A stretch of 20,000 bases of DNA, from sequence record SRR31156797_636; one strand, written 5' to 3'. The notes below the pieces were generated by a model, which worked only from the letters and a program-made list of their open reading frames with translations, made no database searches and was not told the origin of the DNA. Below, in pieces: positions 1 through 9,731 of the stretch (position 1 is the first letter of the stretch; each line of letters starts with the position of its first letter). Made by a program: the position numbers and the translations under genes.

Positions 1-1221
1 CGTAACCGTCGTTGCACAAGCTGCACCCAAATACGAAAAACTCGGGATAAACAGCAGATTAAGAACCATATTCAACGGAACAAGCCAGAGATACACCCGC
101 ATGAGGCATTGCTGTTCGTTTCCGGCAATGATCATATTCCCGTGCAACTCGCCAATGAACATCATGGCTGAAGTGGGTAACAGTATGAGAAAAGTCAACG
201 CAGTGGGCGACAGGCCATGCATGGCTGCCGTAGAAAAGATGCTCGCCCCGTCGCCAAAACCGGGCCCGGTTATGAGTTTCATGAGCGGATTGGCGAGAAT
301 AACGCCTCCCACCAGCATGGGAACGGCCGCCAATGAAAGTGTTTTGTATGCCCGCGCGTAATGCCTTGGCAAATCCCCCTTCGACTCGGCAAAAGCCCTA
401 GACAAAAGCGGAAAGAGGATTCCCATAAAAACACTGGGAATCACTGACCCTACCTCTATAATGCGATAGGCCGCGCCATAAATTCCTGAGTGGCTCACCG
501 GTTTGAGCCAGGAGAGCATCATGATGTCCAGACGGAAATAAACGATGGCCATAAAGCCGGAGATGCCAAGTGGCACGGCAGGAACAACCATGGACCACAT
601 TGTCGGTCCGGAAATAGAAAACGAGAGCCGGGCCAGAGGACGGGAGAATACCCAATTTAAGAGACAGATGAGCACTTTCCCGAAAACAAGAATGGCGACT
701 ATGGCCAGCAAGCCGTAGCCTGCGCCCAGAAAATACCATGACAGGACAAGAATACTCACCGAGGCTATGGACTCAGACAATGCCATGAAATGCATCTTGA
801 GCCGTATCTGAAAAATCCCCTGAAACACTGCTGCCAACGAGATGAAGACAACAGCACACAACCCGACATGCAATGCGTTCTTTAACGGCTGCGCATATGG
901 CATGAAGGGGATGAAGACAAAGGCAATCGCGAGTGCCGCCAGAGAATACAGCAATTTGATTAGAAATAGATTTCCGGCCACAGCCGAAAACGACGAACCG
1001 GCGATGGACATTTCCCTGATACCGGTCTTTGATAGACCGAAGTCGGCCAGGGCTGCCGTCACCCCCAGCCAAGCCATAATAACGGAGTAGTCACCAAACC
1101 CTGTCTCTCCCAAGCCACGAGTGAGGACTCCCGCCAAAACCAATCCGCAGACCATCACAGAAACCTTGCCAGCAAGGATGATCATTGTATTGATATTTAT
1201 GTCGTCAAAAAATCTGTGCAT
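1..1221 (-). CDS. wzx: Wzx-type oligosaccharide flippase (MOP/PST family); 3' end lies beyond the left window edge
   Basis: Not in the ORF track. I translated both ends by hand. ATG at 1221 gives MHRFFDDININTMIILAGKVSVMVCGLVLAGVLTRGLGETGFGDYSVIMAWLGVTAALADFGLSKTGIREM (RxLGxxxFGxY and DFGL flippase patterns). Bases 60..1 in the same frame give NLLFIPSFSYLGAACATTVT, the typical C-terminal NLLLIPxxGxxGAAxAT pattern. It starts 7 bp after the GT9 stop. Confidence 0.9.
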   Translation of the reverse strand, partial: MHRFFDDININTMIILAGKVSVMVCGLVLAGVLTRGLGETGFGDYSVIMAWLGVTAALADFGLSKTGIREMSIAGSSFSAVAGNLFLIKLLYSLAALAIAFVFIPFMPYAQPLKNALHVGLCAVVFISLAAVFQGIFQIRLKMHFMALSESIASVSILVLSWYFLGAGYGLLAIVAILVFGKVLICLLNWVFSRPLARLSFSISGPTMWSMVVPAVPLGISGFMAIVYFRLDIMMLSWLKPVSHSGIYGAAYRIIEVGSVIPSVFMGILFPLLSRAFAESKGDLPRHYARAYKTLSLAAVPMLVGGVILANPLMKLITGPGFGDGASIFSTAAMHGLSPTALTFLILLPTSAMMFIGELHGNMIIAGNEQQCLMRVYLWLVPLNMVLNLLFIPSFSYLGAACATTVT

Positions 1222-1228
1222 GGACAAA

Positions 1229-2326
1229 TCAGCGCTGTTGAAAAGACAGCGAGGCCGCAGATTGGATAAATTGGTCGGAGGTATCGACTATCCTGACATT
1301 GTCCCCCAGCGGCCTCCACATTTCCGGGGAGCTCTCGCCTTTCCTATAATAGGCAATCGTCTGCGTACCGGAGGTGCCGCCCAAGTGGGCGGACAGGGAT
1401 TCGAGCGCAAACACGACTGAAGCCTCTCCATACAGAGAAAGCAACTCCTCCAATTGAAAATGACCTGTGTAATCATGCAAACGACGATCAGTCATCGCCT
1501 GAATTTCCAACCCCAGTTTGCCTTCATCTGCAGTACCACATACGAGTATCGCTACTCCTTCAGGCAGGGCGTCAGCCGTTGCGGCCCATACATCCGATGG
1601 CAACATTCTTTCTGTTGCCCCGCTACCAGGCTGGAAGATGACAAAAGGGGACAATTCCCGTTCCACGACCATATCCCGAACCCCGCTCCGCACAGATTCG
1701 GAGACTGACATTTCACACCGTAGCTCTTCGAGGCTCGCCTCTATCCCCAGCGGCGCGAGAACTTCCAAGTAATGCTCGACTTCGTGTTTCCCGGGAATCC
1801 AGGGGACTTCTTCATCAAAAAACCAACCGCCGCCGCCAGTCCCGTGACCAACGCAATATCGGCTCCCGGACAAACCGCAGAACGTCACGAGATTACCGCC
1901 GAAGGCCCGGAGATTCAGGCACAGGTCATATTCAACTTTCCTGACCTCGCGAATCGTAAAGTAGAATGATTTCATAAAAATTATTAACTTGTGCCACAGG
2001 GAGGCTTTGGACCGATTGAGCATCCAGTGGTCAACGACGAACACATGATCGACGATGGTGCTATCGCGAATCACAGGCAAACTTCCAGAATTGACGACCA
2101 TGTCGATCCGGGAATCTGGAAACCGTTTGCGAAGGAGCGGAAGAACGGAACTCGTCAGCAGCAAGTCCCCAAGATGGTCCGGCTTAATGACAAGAATGCT
2201 GCGCACTTGCCGTGGCATCCCCCGCTTCTTGATCGCCAGCCGTCGCATCACGCCGTCAATGCAGGAGAGCAGCAGCACGACTGCTTTGTTGTTGTATAAG
2301 TAGCCATGGCACAATTTCCGAATCAT
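1229..2326 (-). CDS. Glycosyltransferase family 9 (ADP-heptose:LPS heptosyltransferase-like)
   Basis: SILVIKPDHLGDLLLTSSVLPLLRKRFPDSRID, HEVEHYL, FQPGSG and ESLSAHLG match GT9 motifs. Start moved from 2476 to the ATG at 2326 (MIRKLCHGY) to avoid head-to-head overlap with the 2388 gene; exact start uncertain. Confidence 0.85.
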   Translation of the reverse strand: MIRKLCHGYLYNNKAVVLLLSCIDGVMRRLAIKKRGMPRQVRSILVIKPDHLGDLLLTSSVLPLLRKRFPDSRIDMVVNSGSLPVIRDSTIVDHVFVVDHWMLNRSKASLWHKLIIFMKSFYFTIREVRKVEYDLCLNLRAFGGNLVTFCGLSGSRYCVGHGTGGGGWFFDEEVPWIPGKHEVEHYLEVLAPLGIEASLEELRCEMSVSESVRSGVRDMVVERELSPFVIFQPGSGATERMLPSDVWAATADALPEGVAILVCGTADEGKLGLEIQAMTDRRLHDYTGHFQLEELLSLYGEASVVFALESLSAHLGGTSGTQTIAYYRKGESSPEMWRPLGDNVRIVDTSDQFIQSAASLSFQQR

Positions 2327-2387
2327 AACGTTTAGTCTGTACTTCACGGTACTTCTATTGTAAAGATTAACCGTTGGAGGACAGCGG

Positions 2388-3512
2388 ATGAGCATGACCA
2401 TCGGAGTCGATGCGCGGCACCTTGACGGGACCATGCATGGCATAGTCAGATACACGATAAAAACCATGGAGCACATGGTACAATCTCGCCGCTACCATTT
2501 TGTCCTCCTGTCTAACAATCCCATTGACCATCCATTCAAAAATAAAGACGCCGTCAGTGTTCATGTTGACTCAAAGTTCTCCCAGATGCCCGGTACCCTA
2601 TGGCTTGCCCTCCGAGCCGGACACCTTCTCCGCAAGCTCGGCATAAACATTTTTTGGAGCCCCCTGCACGCACTCCCTCTCTACGGAGCATCAAACATTC
2701 CACTGGTTGTCACCATCCACGATTTGGCCCACATCTATTTCCCAAAATCAATGACATTGAAAAACCAGATCGTTCACCGGGTCTTTTTCTCCAAAGCCAT
2801 CGCCAAGGCAACACAAATCATCGCCGTATCCCAAACAACTCGGAACGACCTGAAAAAAGAATTCGGCGCAGATGCCGCTGCAAAAACCTCAGTAATTTAC
2901 GAAGGCAGATCTGAGCTTCCTCCGTCATCCAGCCCCCCACTGATCAAGGGAGATTACTTGTTGTGCATCGGGTCAGTAGAACCACGCAAGAATATCGCCA
3001 GCACAGTCGAAGCTCTCCGCCTCCTTATCCAGGATTACCCACAACTGCGCTTGGTCGTTGCCGGAGGACGCAGTTGGAAGCAGGCGTCCTTATTCAAGAG
3101 CATCGCGAAGCAGGGACTCTCGGGAAAAGTCATCTTTACCGGTCAGTGTACTGACGAAGAACTTTCCAATTATATAGCGCATACCAAGGCATTCCTTTTC
3201 CCTTCACTCTATGAAGGATTCGGGCTCCCACTGCTGGAAACACTCAAACAATGTCCGGCAGTCATCTCTGACATTCCGATTTTTCGAGAGCTTGGTCAAC
3301 ACCTCTCCGGCGTTCTATACGCCGACTTTCAGCAACCGTCGTCTGCTGCAGCCCAAATACGACAAATTCTTAGCACTCCCTCCTCAGAAAATTCAGATTT
3401 CGTCACCCCTGCAGCATCAAAAATTTTCTCTTGGGAAACGTGCGCATCCCAGCATGAAGAACTTTTCATGCAGTCCACCGTCTCCACTCGCTTAAGGCAC
3501 GAATTGCCTTGA
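2388..3512 (+). CDS. Glycosyltransferase family 4 (MtfB/WbaZ-like, GT-B fold)
   Basis: IGVDAR...GIVRY, VVTIHDL, IIAVSQTT, GSVEPRKN, FPSLYEGFGLPLLE and FSWE motifs. GGAGG RBS at 2376-2380. Confidence 0.93.
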   Translation: MSMTIGVDARHLDGTMHGIVRYTIKTMEHMVQSRRYHFVLLSNNPIDHPFKNKDAVSVHVDSKFSQMPGTLWLALRAGHLLRKLGINIFWSPLHALPLYGASNIPLVVTIHDLAHIYFPKSMTLKNQIVHRVFFSKAIAKATQIIAVSQTTRNDLKKEFGADAAAKTSVIYEGRSELPPSSSPPLIKGDYLLCIGSVEPRKNIASTVEALRLLIQDYPQLRLVVAGGRSWKQASLFKSIAKQGLSGKVIFTGQCTDEELSNYIAHTKAFLFPSLYEGFGLPLLETLKQCPAVISDIPIFRELGQHLSGVLYADFQQPSSAAAQIRQILSTPSSENSDFVTPAASKIFSWETCASQHEELFMQSTVSTRLRHELP

Positions 3513-3624
3513 CGTTTTCAGCTTTTTTGAAAATATTAAAATTATACTGTTTATACAATTTTTATGTATGGTGCATATTGAATTTATACTGACAAACACT
3601 CCCCCCAAAACCAAGTAGAGAGTT

Positions 3625-4671
3625 ATGAACAAAGCTTTTTTTCAAGATAAATGTATCCTGGTCACTGGCAGTTGCGGAACCATCGGTAGCGAGCTTATTC
3701 ATCAGTTACTCAAAGAATACGGCGTCAAGAAACTCATCGGTATTGACAATAATGAAACCGAACTTTTCTTCCTCAGCCAGCGCCACCTCGAACACAAGGA
3801 AGCCGAATTTTATCTGGCAGACATCCGTGACCACCAAAAACTTTACAATCTCATGCAAGGTGTTGACATCGTTTTCCATGCAGCGGCCTATAAGCATGTC
3901 GCCATGTGCGAGATATCTCCCTTCGAAGCAGTTCAAACCAACATTCTAGGCGTGAAAAACATTGTTTCCGCAGCTGCGGAAAACGGCGTCGAAAAAGTCA
4001 TTTTCACTAGCTCGGACAAGGCCGCAAACCCCACCAACGTCATGGGTACATCCAAACTCATGGGAGAACGTCTGATTACGGCGGCCAACCAGACAGTTAA
4101 CTACAACGGAACCATTTTCGCCTCCACCCGATTCGGCAACGTGCTAGGCTCCAACGGTTCCGTCATTCCCATTTTCAGGGAACAGATTCGTGAAGGTAAA
4201 CCCATCACCCTAACCGACCCTCAGATGACCCGCTTCATCATGAGCATTCCCGGAGCTGTCCAATTGGTCATCAATTCCGCCCAGATCGCATGCGGCGGCG
4301 AGGTCTTCGTCACAAAGATGCCCGTCATCAGGATTCAGGATCTTGCCGAAGTCATGATTGAAGAACTTCCATCGCAGTTCGGCAGAAAACCCGAGGACAT
4401 CGACATCAAGATCATCGGCATCAAACCCGGCGAAAAGCTGTACGAAGAACTGATGACAGACGAAGAGACCAGCAGAACCGTTGAACTTGAACAATACTTC
4501 AGCGTGCTCCCGGCCCTGAGAATGCACTACGGCAACATCGATTATAGCTACGAAGGAGTCCTTTCCGAGACCATCGACAACGCTTATAACTCTCACAACG
4601 AGACCCCATTAAGCAAAGCAGACCTCAAAGACTTTCTGATTCGCAGCAAGCTGATTGAAGGGCTTGACTAA
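3625..4671 (+). CDS. Soluble UDP-N-acetylhexosamine 4,6-dehydratase/epimerase (CapD/FnlA/PseB-like extended SDR)
   Basis: VTGSCGTIG Rossmann motif, HAAAYKHV, SSDKA, MGTSK (MxxxK variant of YxxxK), RFGNVLGSNGSV, MTRF and PGEKLYEEL. No N-terminal membrane domain. Confidence 0.92.
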   Translation: MNKAFFQDKCILVTGSCGTIGSELIHQLLKEYGVKKLIGIDNNETELFFLSQRHLEHKEAEFYLADIRDHQKLYNLMQGVDIVFHAAAYKHVAMCEISPFEAVQTNILGVKNIVSAAAENGVEKVIFTSSDKAANPTNVMGTSKLMGERLITAANQTVNYNGTIFASTRFGNVLGSNGSVIPIFREQIREGKPITLTDPQMTRFIMSIPGAVQLVINSAQIACGGEVFVTKMPVIRIQDLAEVMIEELPSQFGRKPEDIDIKIIGIKPGEKLYEELMTDEETSRTVELEQYFSVLPALRMHYGNIDYSYEGVLSETIDNAYNSHNETPLSKADLKDFLIRSKLIEGLD

Positions 4672-4673
4672 GA

Positions 4674-5702
4674 ATGCGCAAACTTGGAAGAGCTATTATG
4701 AAGAAAGTAAAAGCACACCCCAGACAAAAAAAGTCCCCCTTCTCCGGTGTTGGAAAACTTTTTTTTGTTGCCTGCCTGGCTATGACTCTTCTTATACTGG
4801 ATGGGGAGCGGCAGGCCGCTGCGCAGGACACTCTCAATCTGGATGGAAAAATCTATTACAGGGCCGTCAGAAAGATCAAAAACAAGTACCCTGGCAAAAT
4901 AGTTGAAATCAATGTAAAAAAGTTTCAACCAGTTTCGAAAAACGAAGTTCTCGCTGCTTACAGAATAACCCGAGCGGAACAACAGGAACTTCAGCACGAG
5001 ATCGATTTCCCTTCTATAAGAAAAACAGAGATATCCATCGAAGAGGTCCAGACTGACATAAAAGGAAAAGAAAGAAAAAAAAAATCGCTCATGGTCCTCG
5101 TCAACGAGGGGCTGGCCTCGTCACAAAATATGGACACATTGGACGAGGACATCCGAATTCTCAACCTCAGAAAGGAATTCCTTGAGGAAGAGCTAAAACA
5201 CTTCAAACGACAGCAGGCCAGGGAAAAGAGCAGGATATCAGAAGAATTGGGAGGAATCTCCCTTGCTTCCGGTGTTATTCCGCGTGATATCCCCATCACA
5301 ACCAAACTCCCCGGACACGTTGTGAAGGTAGGTATCCTTGCAAGCAGTAAAATAAAGAAAAACAGGGTGTGCTTTGAAATCACTAGGTTGAACCGAATAC
5401 TGGTGCGCTGCAAAGTCTACGAAGAGGATTACATCAAGCTTGCCCTCGGCCAAAAGGCATTCATAATTTCACAAGGGACACCTGGGAAAGAATATCCTGC
5501 ACACTTGTCACGGCTTCCTCTTCGCCCGACAGACAAAGGCTATGCGGCATTGTCATATTATCTGGTAGACTTCATCATGAACAACCCAAATTTAAAATTC
5601 AGAGCCGGTAACCGCGTTACGGTAAAAGTCGACCTTGCTAGCAAGCCCGAACCTATTGCTCCGAAAAAAAACAGAACAAATAAACCGACAAGAAAACAAT
5701 AA
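4674..5702 (+). CDS. HlyD/MacA-like periplasmic adaptor (membrane fusion protein), paralog 1
   Basis: N-terminal basic plus hydrophobic segment, YPGKIVEINVK lipoyl half-motif, central coiled-coil, ITTKLPGHVV second half-motif and C-terminal beta-barrel pattern (VYEEDYIKLALGQ...NPNLKFRAGNRVTV). Start could be 4698. Confidence 0.8.
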   Translation: MRKLGRAIMKKVKAHPRQKKSPFSGVGKLFFVACLAMTLLILDGERQAAAQDTLNLDGKIYYRAVRKIKNKYPGKIVEINVKKFQPVSKNEVLAAYRITRAEQQELQHEIDFPSIRKTEISIEEVQTDIKGKERKKKSLMVLVNEGLASSQNMDTLDEDIRILNLRKEFLEEELKHFKRQQAREKSRISEELGGISLASGVIPRDIPITTKLPGHVVKVGILASSKIKKNRVCFEITRLNRILVRCKVYEEDYIKLALGQKAFIISQGTPGKEYPAHLSRLPLRPTDKGYAALSYYLVDFIMNNPNLKFRAGNRVTVKVDLASKPEPIAPKKNRTNKPTRKQ

Positions 5703-5818
5703 GACTCTGAGCAAGAAGCGGAGATCTGGAATGTCACTGTCCAAACAGAAAGAGGTTCCTTTTCACACTTACCTACGAGCGAGCATCTCTCCTCTTTCAA
5801 CAGGAGAAGCTTTCCGTC

Positions 5819-5834
5819 CGGCCCGTTGCATGCT
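5819..5834 (+). promoter_or_regulatory. Candidate sigma54 (-24/-12) promoter for wbaP
   Basis: CGGCCCGTTGCATGCT has GG and GC at the canonical spacing, in the intergenic gap about 125 bp upstream of the likely wbaP start. Confidence 0.45.
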
Positions 5835-5960
5835 ATAAGGCCCTAAGCTAATTTACTGAAACAATTTGAAGCGGAAACAAACGAGGCAACCTTATTGCCC
5901 TCATACGCCCCGGGCTGCCAAGTGGCATCGCCTGCGGGACATTGGAAATTGCGAAGAAGG

Positions 5961-7376
5961 ATGATTGACAACAAAACCAATCTTATCGCCTGCCGTCCAT
6001 GGCTCATGCCTGTCACGCTCGCGTGTTCCGACTTTCTGGCCGTCACCATTTCCGGTGCGGCAAGCGTTCTTCTTCGATATGCCTTTGGCGGCGAATTCGA
6101 ACTGATTTCTTATCTTTACCTCTGGCCAACCGCCCTCCTGTTTGTCCTAGCCTATGCTTTCATGGGGGCTTACAGGGTCTTGATGCCGCTTCCGCTGGAA
6201 CTAAAACGATGTTCATTTGGAACAGTCTTCATAATCTTTGTTCTGGCAGCAATCACCTTCTGGTCAAGAAACGCCGATGACTATTCAAGACTCGTCCTTC
6301 TTTTTTCCTTTGCAACCATCCTCGTTGCCGTGCCGTATTGTCGAAAAAAATGTAGGGAACACTTTGCCTCGCTCCCGGGCTGGGGTCTTCCTGTTATCAT
6401 TTATGGAGACGGCGAAACTGCGCAAAGCGTCATACAAAACCTTCAGTTACGCGTCAGCCTTGGCCTGACCCCAGTGGCTATCGTCAAACACAGCGAAACT
6501 TCAGACACTTCAATAAACAACATCCCGGCATGGGATCGCTCTTCGCTTCAGGAATTGGCGAAAACATACCCGTGTTCGTATTTTATTGTCGCTGAATCCG
6601 GGCTGGACAATAACGAATACCGTGAACTCCTTAACACTTCTTATAAGCACTTCCCAAAAACTATCGTCATCCCAGACCTTTTTGGACAGGCAAGCATATG
6701 GGCCACCACTGTTGACATAAGCGGTATCCTCGGCTTGGAAACAGGGCAAAAACTTCTTTCCCCGCCATCGCAGTTCTACAAGCGAATAATGGATGTCACA
6801 AGCTCCTTTCTCGGATTGATCGTTCTGCTCCCGGTTTTCCTGATCATCGGCCTCATCATCAAGATGGATAGCCTCGGCCCCGTTCTCTACAGGCAGAAGC
6901 GTCTTGGCAAAGGGGGGGGGGAAGTGGACGTATGGAAATTCAGAACCATGGTCCAAAATGCGGACGAGGTGCTCAAGGACTACTTGCAGCAGGATCCCGT
7001 CTTGAAAACAAAATGGGAGCAGGATCACAAGCTTGACAACGATCCCCGAATCACCCGGGTTGGCGGCTTCATGAGAAAATACAGCATAGACGAACTGCCG
7101 CAACTGTTCAATGTACTCAAAGGTGAAATGAGCCTCGTCGGCCCAAGACCCATCGTCAAAGCCGAAGTCGCAAAATACATGGACAATTACGAACTGTACT
7201 CGAAAGTACTTCCCGGAATGACGGGCTTATGGCAAGTATCAGGGCGAAGTAATCTTTCATACAGCGAAAGAATCAATCTCGATGTCTATTACATCCGCAA
7301 CTGGTCTGTCTGGTTTGATCTGTACATCCTCACCAGAACTCCAGCTGCAATTTTCAATTGTGTCGGCGCCTTCTGA
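5961..7376 (+). CDS. wbaP: Undecaprenyl-phosphate hexose-1-phosphate transferase (WbaP/WcaJ type)
   Basis: Four N-terminal TM segments, IIYGDG CoA-binding-like domain, [54 protein letters not shown] and [12 protein letters not shown] at 5961 after GAAGAAGG is preferred over TTG at 5895. Sugar specificity not determinable. Confidence 0.93.
   Translation: MIDNKTNLIACRPWLMPVTLACSDFLAVTISGAASVLLRYAFGGEFELISYLYLWPTALLFVLAYAFMGAYRVLMPLPLELKRCSFGTVFIIFVLAAITFWSRNADDYSRLVLLFSFATILVAVPYCRKKCREHFASLPGWGLPVIIYGDGETAQSVIQNLQLRVSLGLTPVAIVKHSETSDTSINNIPAWDRSSLQELAKTYPCSYFIVAESGLDNNEYRELLNTSYKHFPKTIVIPDLFGQASIWATTVDISGILGLETGQKLLSPPSQFYKRIMDVTSSFLGLIVLLPVFLIIGLIIKMDSLGPVLYRQKRLGKGGGEVDVWKFRTMVQNADEVLKDYLQQDPVLKTKWEQDHKLDNDPRITRVGGFMRKYSIDELPQLFNVLKGEMSLVGPRPIVKAEVAKYMDNYELYSKVLPGMTGLWQVSGRSNLSYSERINLDVYYIRNWSVWFDLYILTRTPAAIFNCVGAF
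6912..6921 (+). repeat. G10 homopolymer inside wbaP
   Basis: GGC AAA GGG GGG GGG GAA (GKGGGE); currently in frame. Confidence 0.9.
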
Positions 7377-7414
7377 CAACCGCACTGACTAAGTACCCAG
7401 CTGCAATTTAGATA

Positions 7415-8596
7415 ATGAACCTGAAGTCCGTCCTAAACACTTTTCTCGTCAGCTTTGTCTGCTTTCAGAGCGTATTCCTGACGCCATACGTCATCATTGT
7501 CTCCACTGACAGAAGCAATCTCTTCACGCCGATTCTGGCGGGGACAGCGCTTGTCATTATCGCTTTCACTCAAGGACGACGAACCGTCTTCGCCAAATGG
7601 GACGTCCTGCTATGGTTGGCCCTCGGAGCAACCATGGCTTACGGGGTCACCCTGACAACCGATGTGCCATCGTCAGCCTATCGCGCATTCTCCCTCTATA
7701 TTCCGGCCTTAAGCGGATACTGGGTTGGACGTCTGCTGTCCTATGATCAGTATTGGAAAAAGATGGCGCCATATATAATGAGCGGTCTCTTCTTCCTCAT
7801 GTCATCCATTCAAATCATAAACGGGGTTGGTGCTCCCATACTACAACTGCATCACCATGCGCTGTCCAACCTTCTGCTTCTTTTGGCAGTCGGGCCAGCC
7901 ACTTTCCTCATGCGTGGCCCCCTCTACATCAAGGCAGCGTGTGCCACGATTTTAAGCATGGGCTATTTCGCATGTTACATCGTCGGTTCACGCTTCACGG
8001 TCGTTTTGCCGATACTGCTGCTGCCTCTCATGTCAATCCTTAAACTGCTACGATTCAAATGGCTCCTTATTGCCGGAATCCCCTTTCTCGCAGCAGCGTG
8101 CATCTTCTTCATTCAAAAGCCTGAAAAAATACTCAAAATTCATGATTACGAATCTGTTTTCTACAGGGTCGAAGGTCTTCCAGCCGCGATCCACCTCATC
8201 AAGAAACACCCTTTTTTCGGCATTGGACTTCGCACCGAACGCGAACCGTATCTTGAAGACTATAAAATGACTTTCGACATGACAAGCCGCGAACGATTCA
8301 TGCTGGTCGTTCGAAAGAACGTGACGCAGGACAACATGCTAATGACGCTGCTTGTGGGCCTTGGGATCATACCCACACTCTTGTATCTCGGTTTGATCTG
8401 GGCCTATCTCAAACGTCTCATCAAGGCCATCAAAACACAACGCGACGGGCCGCTCAACTCCATAGCGCTTGCTTTTGCCTTATGTGCCAGCGTACTTCAT
8501 TTCAGTGTTCAGGACGGACTTCTTTATCCGCAGGTCAGTTGGCTCTTCCATCTGCTCATAGGCATGATCCCGAGCAAGGACAGCTCAGCTACATAA
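7415..8596 (+). CDS. O-antigen ligase/polymerase-like membrane protein (Wzy_C family)
   Basis: About 10-12 hydrophobic segments, GSR after a TM helix, and a periplasmic loop with SVFYR...HPFFGIG...TQDN. Lies directly downstream of wbaP. Confidence 0.82.
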   Translation: MNLKSVLNTFLVSFVCFQSVFLTPYVIIVSTDRSNLFTPILAGTALVIIAFTQGRRTVFAKWDVLLWLALGATMAYGVTLTTDVPSSAYRAFSLYIPALSGYWVGRLLSYDQYWKKMAPYIMSGLFFLMSSIQIINGVGAPILQLHHHALSNLLLLLAVGPATFLMRGPLYIKAACATILSMGYFACYIVGSRFTVVLPILLLPLMSILKLLRFKWLLIAGIPFLAAACIFFIQKPEKILKIHDYESVFYRVEGLPAAIHLIKKHPFFGIGLRTEREPYLEDYKMTFDMTSRERFMLVVRKNVTQDNMLMTLLVGLGIIPTLLYLGLIWAYLKRLIKAIKTQRDGPLNSIALAFALCASVLHFSVQDGLLYPQVSWLFHLLIGMIPSKDSSAT

Positions 8597-9659
8597 GGTC
8601 AGTGACGATATCGCACAGTTGGTCGGCTGCCTTGTTCCAATCAAATAATTCAGCCTGCTTGTACCCTTCTACCCTCATCAGCTCCTGGCCTTCCCCATCC
8701 TCGACAAAGTCCAGAATCGTTGCGGCGATATCATCGACGCTGTAAGGATCGAAGTATCGTGCAGCTCTGCCGCAAACTTCGGGCAAAGACGTGGTATTTG
8801 CCGCCAGAACAGGACAGCCGCACGCCATTGCCTCTGCAGCAGGCAGACCGAAGCCCTCATACAATGAAGGCATAATCAGTGCATTGGCCTTGGCAACGAT
8901 CTTTATGAGTGACTCTTGTTCCAGTTCGCCCACCAATTCAACTTGGTCACCCCTAGTCAGTTCATCCAAATCATGAAAACCGGAGATAAACCCGTCGTAC
9001 CGCCCCACAAGCACAAGCTTGTGAGGAACCTGTCTGCTTACTAGTTGGAATGCATCCACAAGCCTCTTCAAATTTTTATGCGGCTTAATATTTCCCACAT
9101 ACACGAAATACGGCTCCTGCTGCACGATTGGGGTATGCAGACGTTTCCAGACATTGTCCACTCCATTCCAAACGACTTTCACCGCCTGAGATGCGTATCC
9201 CAACTTCGAGACCAGCTCGCTCTTGGTGAACTCCGAAACGGTAATAATCTTTTCTGATCGCAATCTCACCGCCCTGAACATCAGGGTCGCATACAGACGA
9301 ACTAACGGATTCGTGTGAATATCCCTCAAGGAAAGATGGCAAATGTCATGGACGGTGGTCAGGATTTTACCCGGATACAGTGCCGGGATATTGTAATGAG
9401 GAGCCCAGAAAAGGTCTGATGTGCGAGGGATGGCAAAGGGGAGGGTCACTTGCTCACTGATGGAATAGATGGGGGCGTCAAACCGAAGGAATGTCACATT
9501 GGTCACTCCGGATTCGACCATGAGCCGACATAAAGAGTCCGGGGCTCCCAAAAGAGTTATGGGCAGCGTATGGAGACGCTTGGCCATCCTTGGGATCAGA
9601 TTCCTAATGTAGACACCGATTCCGGAATGATCAGCCATACGACAATCTATGGTCAGCAT
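8589..9659 (-). CDS. Glycosyltransferase family 4 (MtfB-like), paralog 2
   Basis: TIDCR...SGIGVY, TTVHD, ITVSEFTK, VGNIKPHKN, PSLYEGFGLPAAEAMACGCPV and SLPEV. RBS GGAGG upstream on the minus strand. Confidence 0.94.
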   Translation of the reverse strand: MLTIDCRMADHSGIGVYIRNLIPRMAKRLHTLPITLLGAPDSLCRLMVESGVTNVTFLRFDAPIYSISEQVTLPFAIPRTSDLFWAPHYNIPALYPGKILTTVHDICHLSLRDIHTNPLVRLYATLMFRAVRLRSEKIITVSEFTKSELVSKLGYASQAVKVVWNGVDNVWKRLHTPIVQQEPYFVYVGNIKPHKNLKRLVDAFQLVSRQVPHKLVLVGRYDGFISGFHDLDELTRGDQVELVGELEQESLIKIVAKANALIMPSLYEGFGLPAAEAMACGCPVLAANTTSLPEVCGRAARYFDPYSVDDIAATILDFVEDGEGQELMRVEGYKQAELFDWNKAADQLCDIVTDLM

Positions 9660-9731
9660 GGATCCCTCCTTTACTGCGGTATAGGCAGGCGCAACACCTC
9701 ATGCGCGCAGGTCTTGCGGCCGACTTAATTG

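Noticed and set aside
101-1420. Short ORFs 101-361, 398-739, 773-1072, 842-1090 and 1121-1420
   Set aside because: They are shadow frames of the minus-strand flippase and GT9; no recognisable motifs.
2327-2476. N-terminal 50 aa of the 415-aa GT9 ORF
   Set aside because: It overlaps head-to-head with the GT4 gene, which has a strong RBS, and has no GT9-like sequence.
3513-3624. Sigma70 promoter in the AT-rich gap before the dehydratase
   Set aside because: TTGACG/TTGAAA and TATACT-like hexamers are present, but I found no pair at a convincing 16-18 bp spacing.
5895-5960. TTG-start extension of wbaP
   Set aside because: ATG at 5961 has a purine-rich upstream region and the extension looks non-homologous.
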